Origin: Marsupella aquatica
Lineage: Eukaryota; Plantae; Marchantiophyta
Assembly (NCBI GenBank): GCA_973895155.1
Contig: OZ316899.1
Coordinates: forward strand, 5,397,241-5,461,240
DNA: 64,000 nt
Direction: 5' to 3'
A program made the translations under genes and the position numbers. Below the pieces are notes generated by a model, which was not told where the DNA came from, did not search any database, and worked only from the letters and a program-made list of their open reading frames with translations. Numbering within the stretch: the first letter of the stretch is position 1; each line of letters begins with the position of its first letter. Shown here one piece after another: positions 63,196-64,000 of this stretch.

Positions 63196-64000
63196 TGTTG
63201 TAACCTGAGTTAACTAGACCATAGATAAGGTTAACTAGGATTACACCTACTCAGGTTAGGTCACACTAACTGCCTAACCACCAGGCTATTGGAAAACCTA
63301 TATGTAAGGATATGGAAGGGAATGGAAATACAGTTGTTCAATCTATCACAACACGTTATCAGCACGATGCTGATTTGAATCAATTTTTTTAAAAATCATC
63401 CCTCTTTCTTCTTTTGAGATAGACTGGCAACCTTTTAGGAAAGGATTTATGGCAGGCGAAGGTGCAACGGTGGTCAGATCAATCAAAGGGGATGGAAGGT
63501 TATAAATCAAAATTACACATGAAACAAATTGGACAATTGAGATAAGAAATTACAATTCACCAACTACAATTTTCAATTCCATTTCCTCTTTCTCAAATTT
63601 CAACAATTGAATGAAATTGAGATTGGACACCCAAATACAATTGCAACCTTGTGCTTACCAATAAGAAATTATACCACTAGAATCTAGCAATATGTCAAAG
63701 AATTCTATGGAGAAACTCTTATTTCAACCACTCAGCATCGATGGTGCCAACTATTTGTCTTGGACGCTCGATGCTGAAGCTCATCTAACTTCAAAGAATC
63801 TACAGGATACAGTAATAACTTACAATGGCCAAACACTTCAGCAAAAAGCGCAGGCATTGATACTAATTCAACACCATTTGAGTGACTCTATGAAGCGACA
63901 ATACATGAACGAATATAATCCGAGAGTCCTTTGGGACGCACTTCAATCACGCTTCGACCACACACGCACCATACACCTGCCTGCGGCCAGACACGATTGG
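63196..64000 (+). mobile_element. Third Bianca-type Copia, 5' end
   Basis: LTR 63196-63353, PBS CGTTATCAGCACGA, gag from ATG 63692 (NYLSWTLDAEAHL..LPAARHDW) running off the window. Confidence 0.9.

Overview
Eukaryotic, transposon-saturated plant DNA, probably from a non-seed land plant (inferred from element types). Most of the window is nested insertions with boundaries fixed by target-site duplications (TSDs). It holds three members of one non-TIR Mutator-like (MULE) family: 1-~6721, ~10.9-14.35 kb, and a complete copy at 25810-41815 with a 9-bp TSD. It also holds a Sola1/DUF7869-type DNA transposon (14475-22611), a non-autonomous CACTA, three Bianca-type Copia elements, a young full-length Athila-like Gypsy with an extra ORF (49321-60235), two copies of a ~4.5-kb ORF-containing LTR, a LINE 3' fragment, a probable Helitron and a SET-domain gene fragment. 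Main finding: two unrelated DNA-transposon superfamilies carry, head-to-head with the transposase, an intron-containing gene fusing a ParB/Srx-like domain to a beta-class N6A/N4C DNA-methyltransferase-like domain. The two complete elements also carry their own palindrome, mainly in non-coding DNA (17 copies of TAGCGCCnGGCGCTA in the MULE; TCATGA doublets in the Sola). This suggests a transposon-borne ParB/parS-like self-marking or anti-silencing system. All domain calls are by eye, no database search was run, and most ORFs are disrupted.
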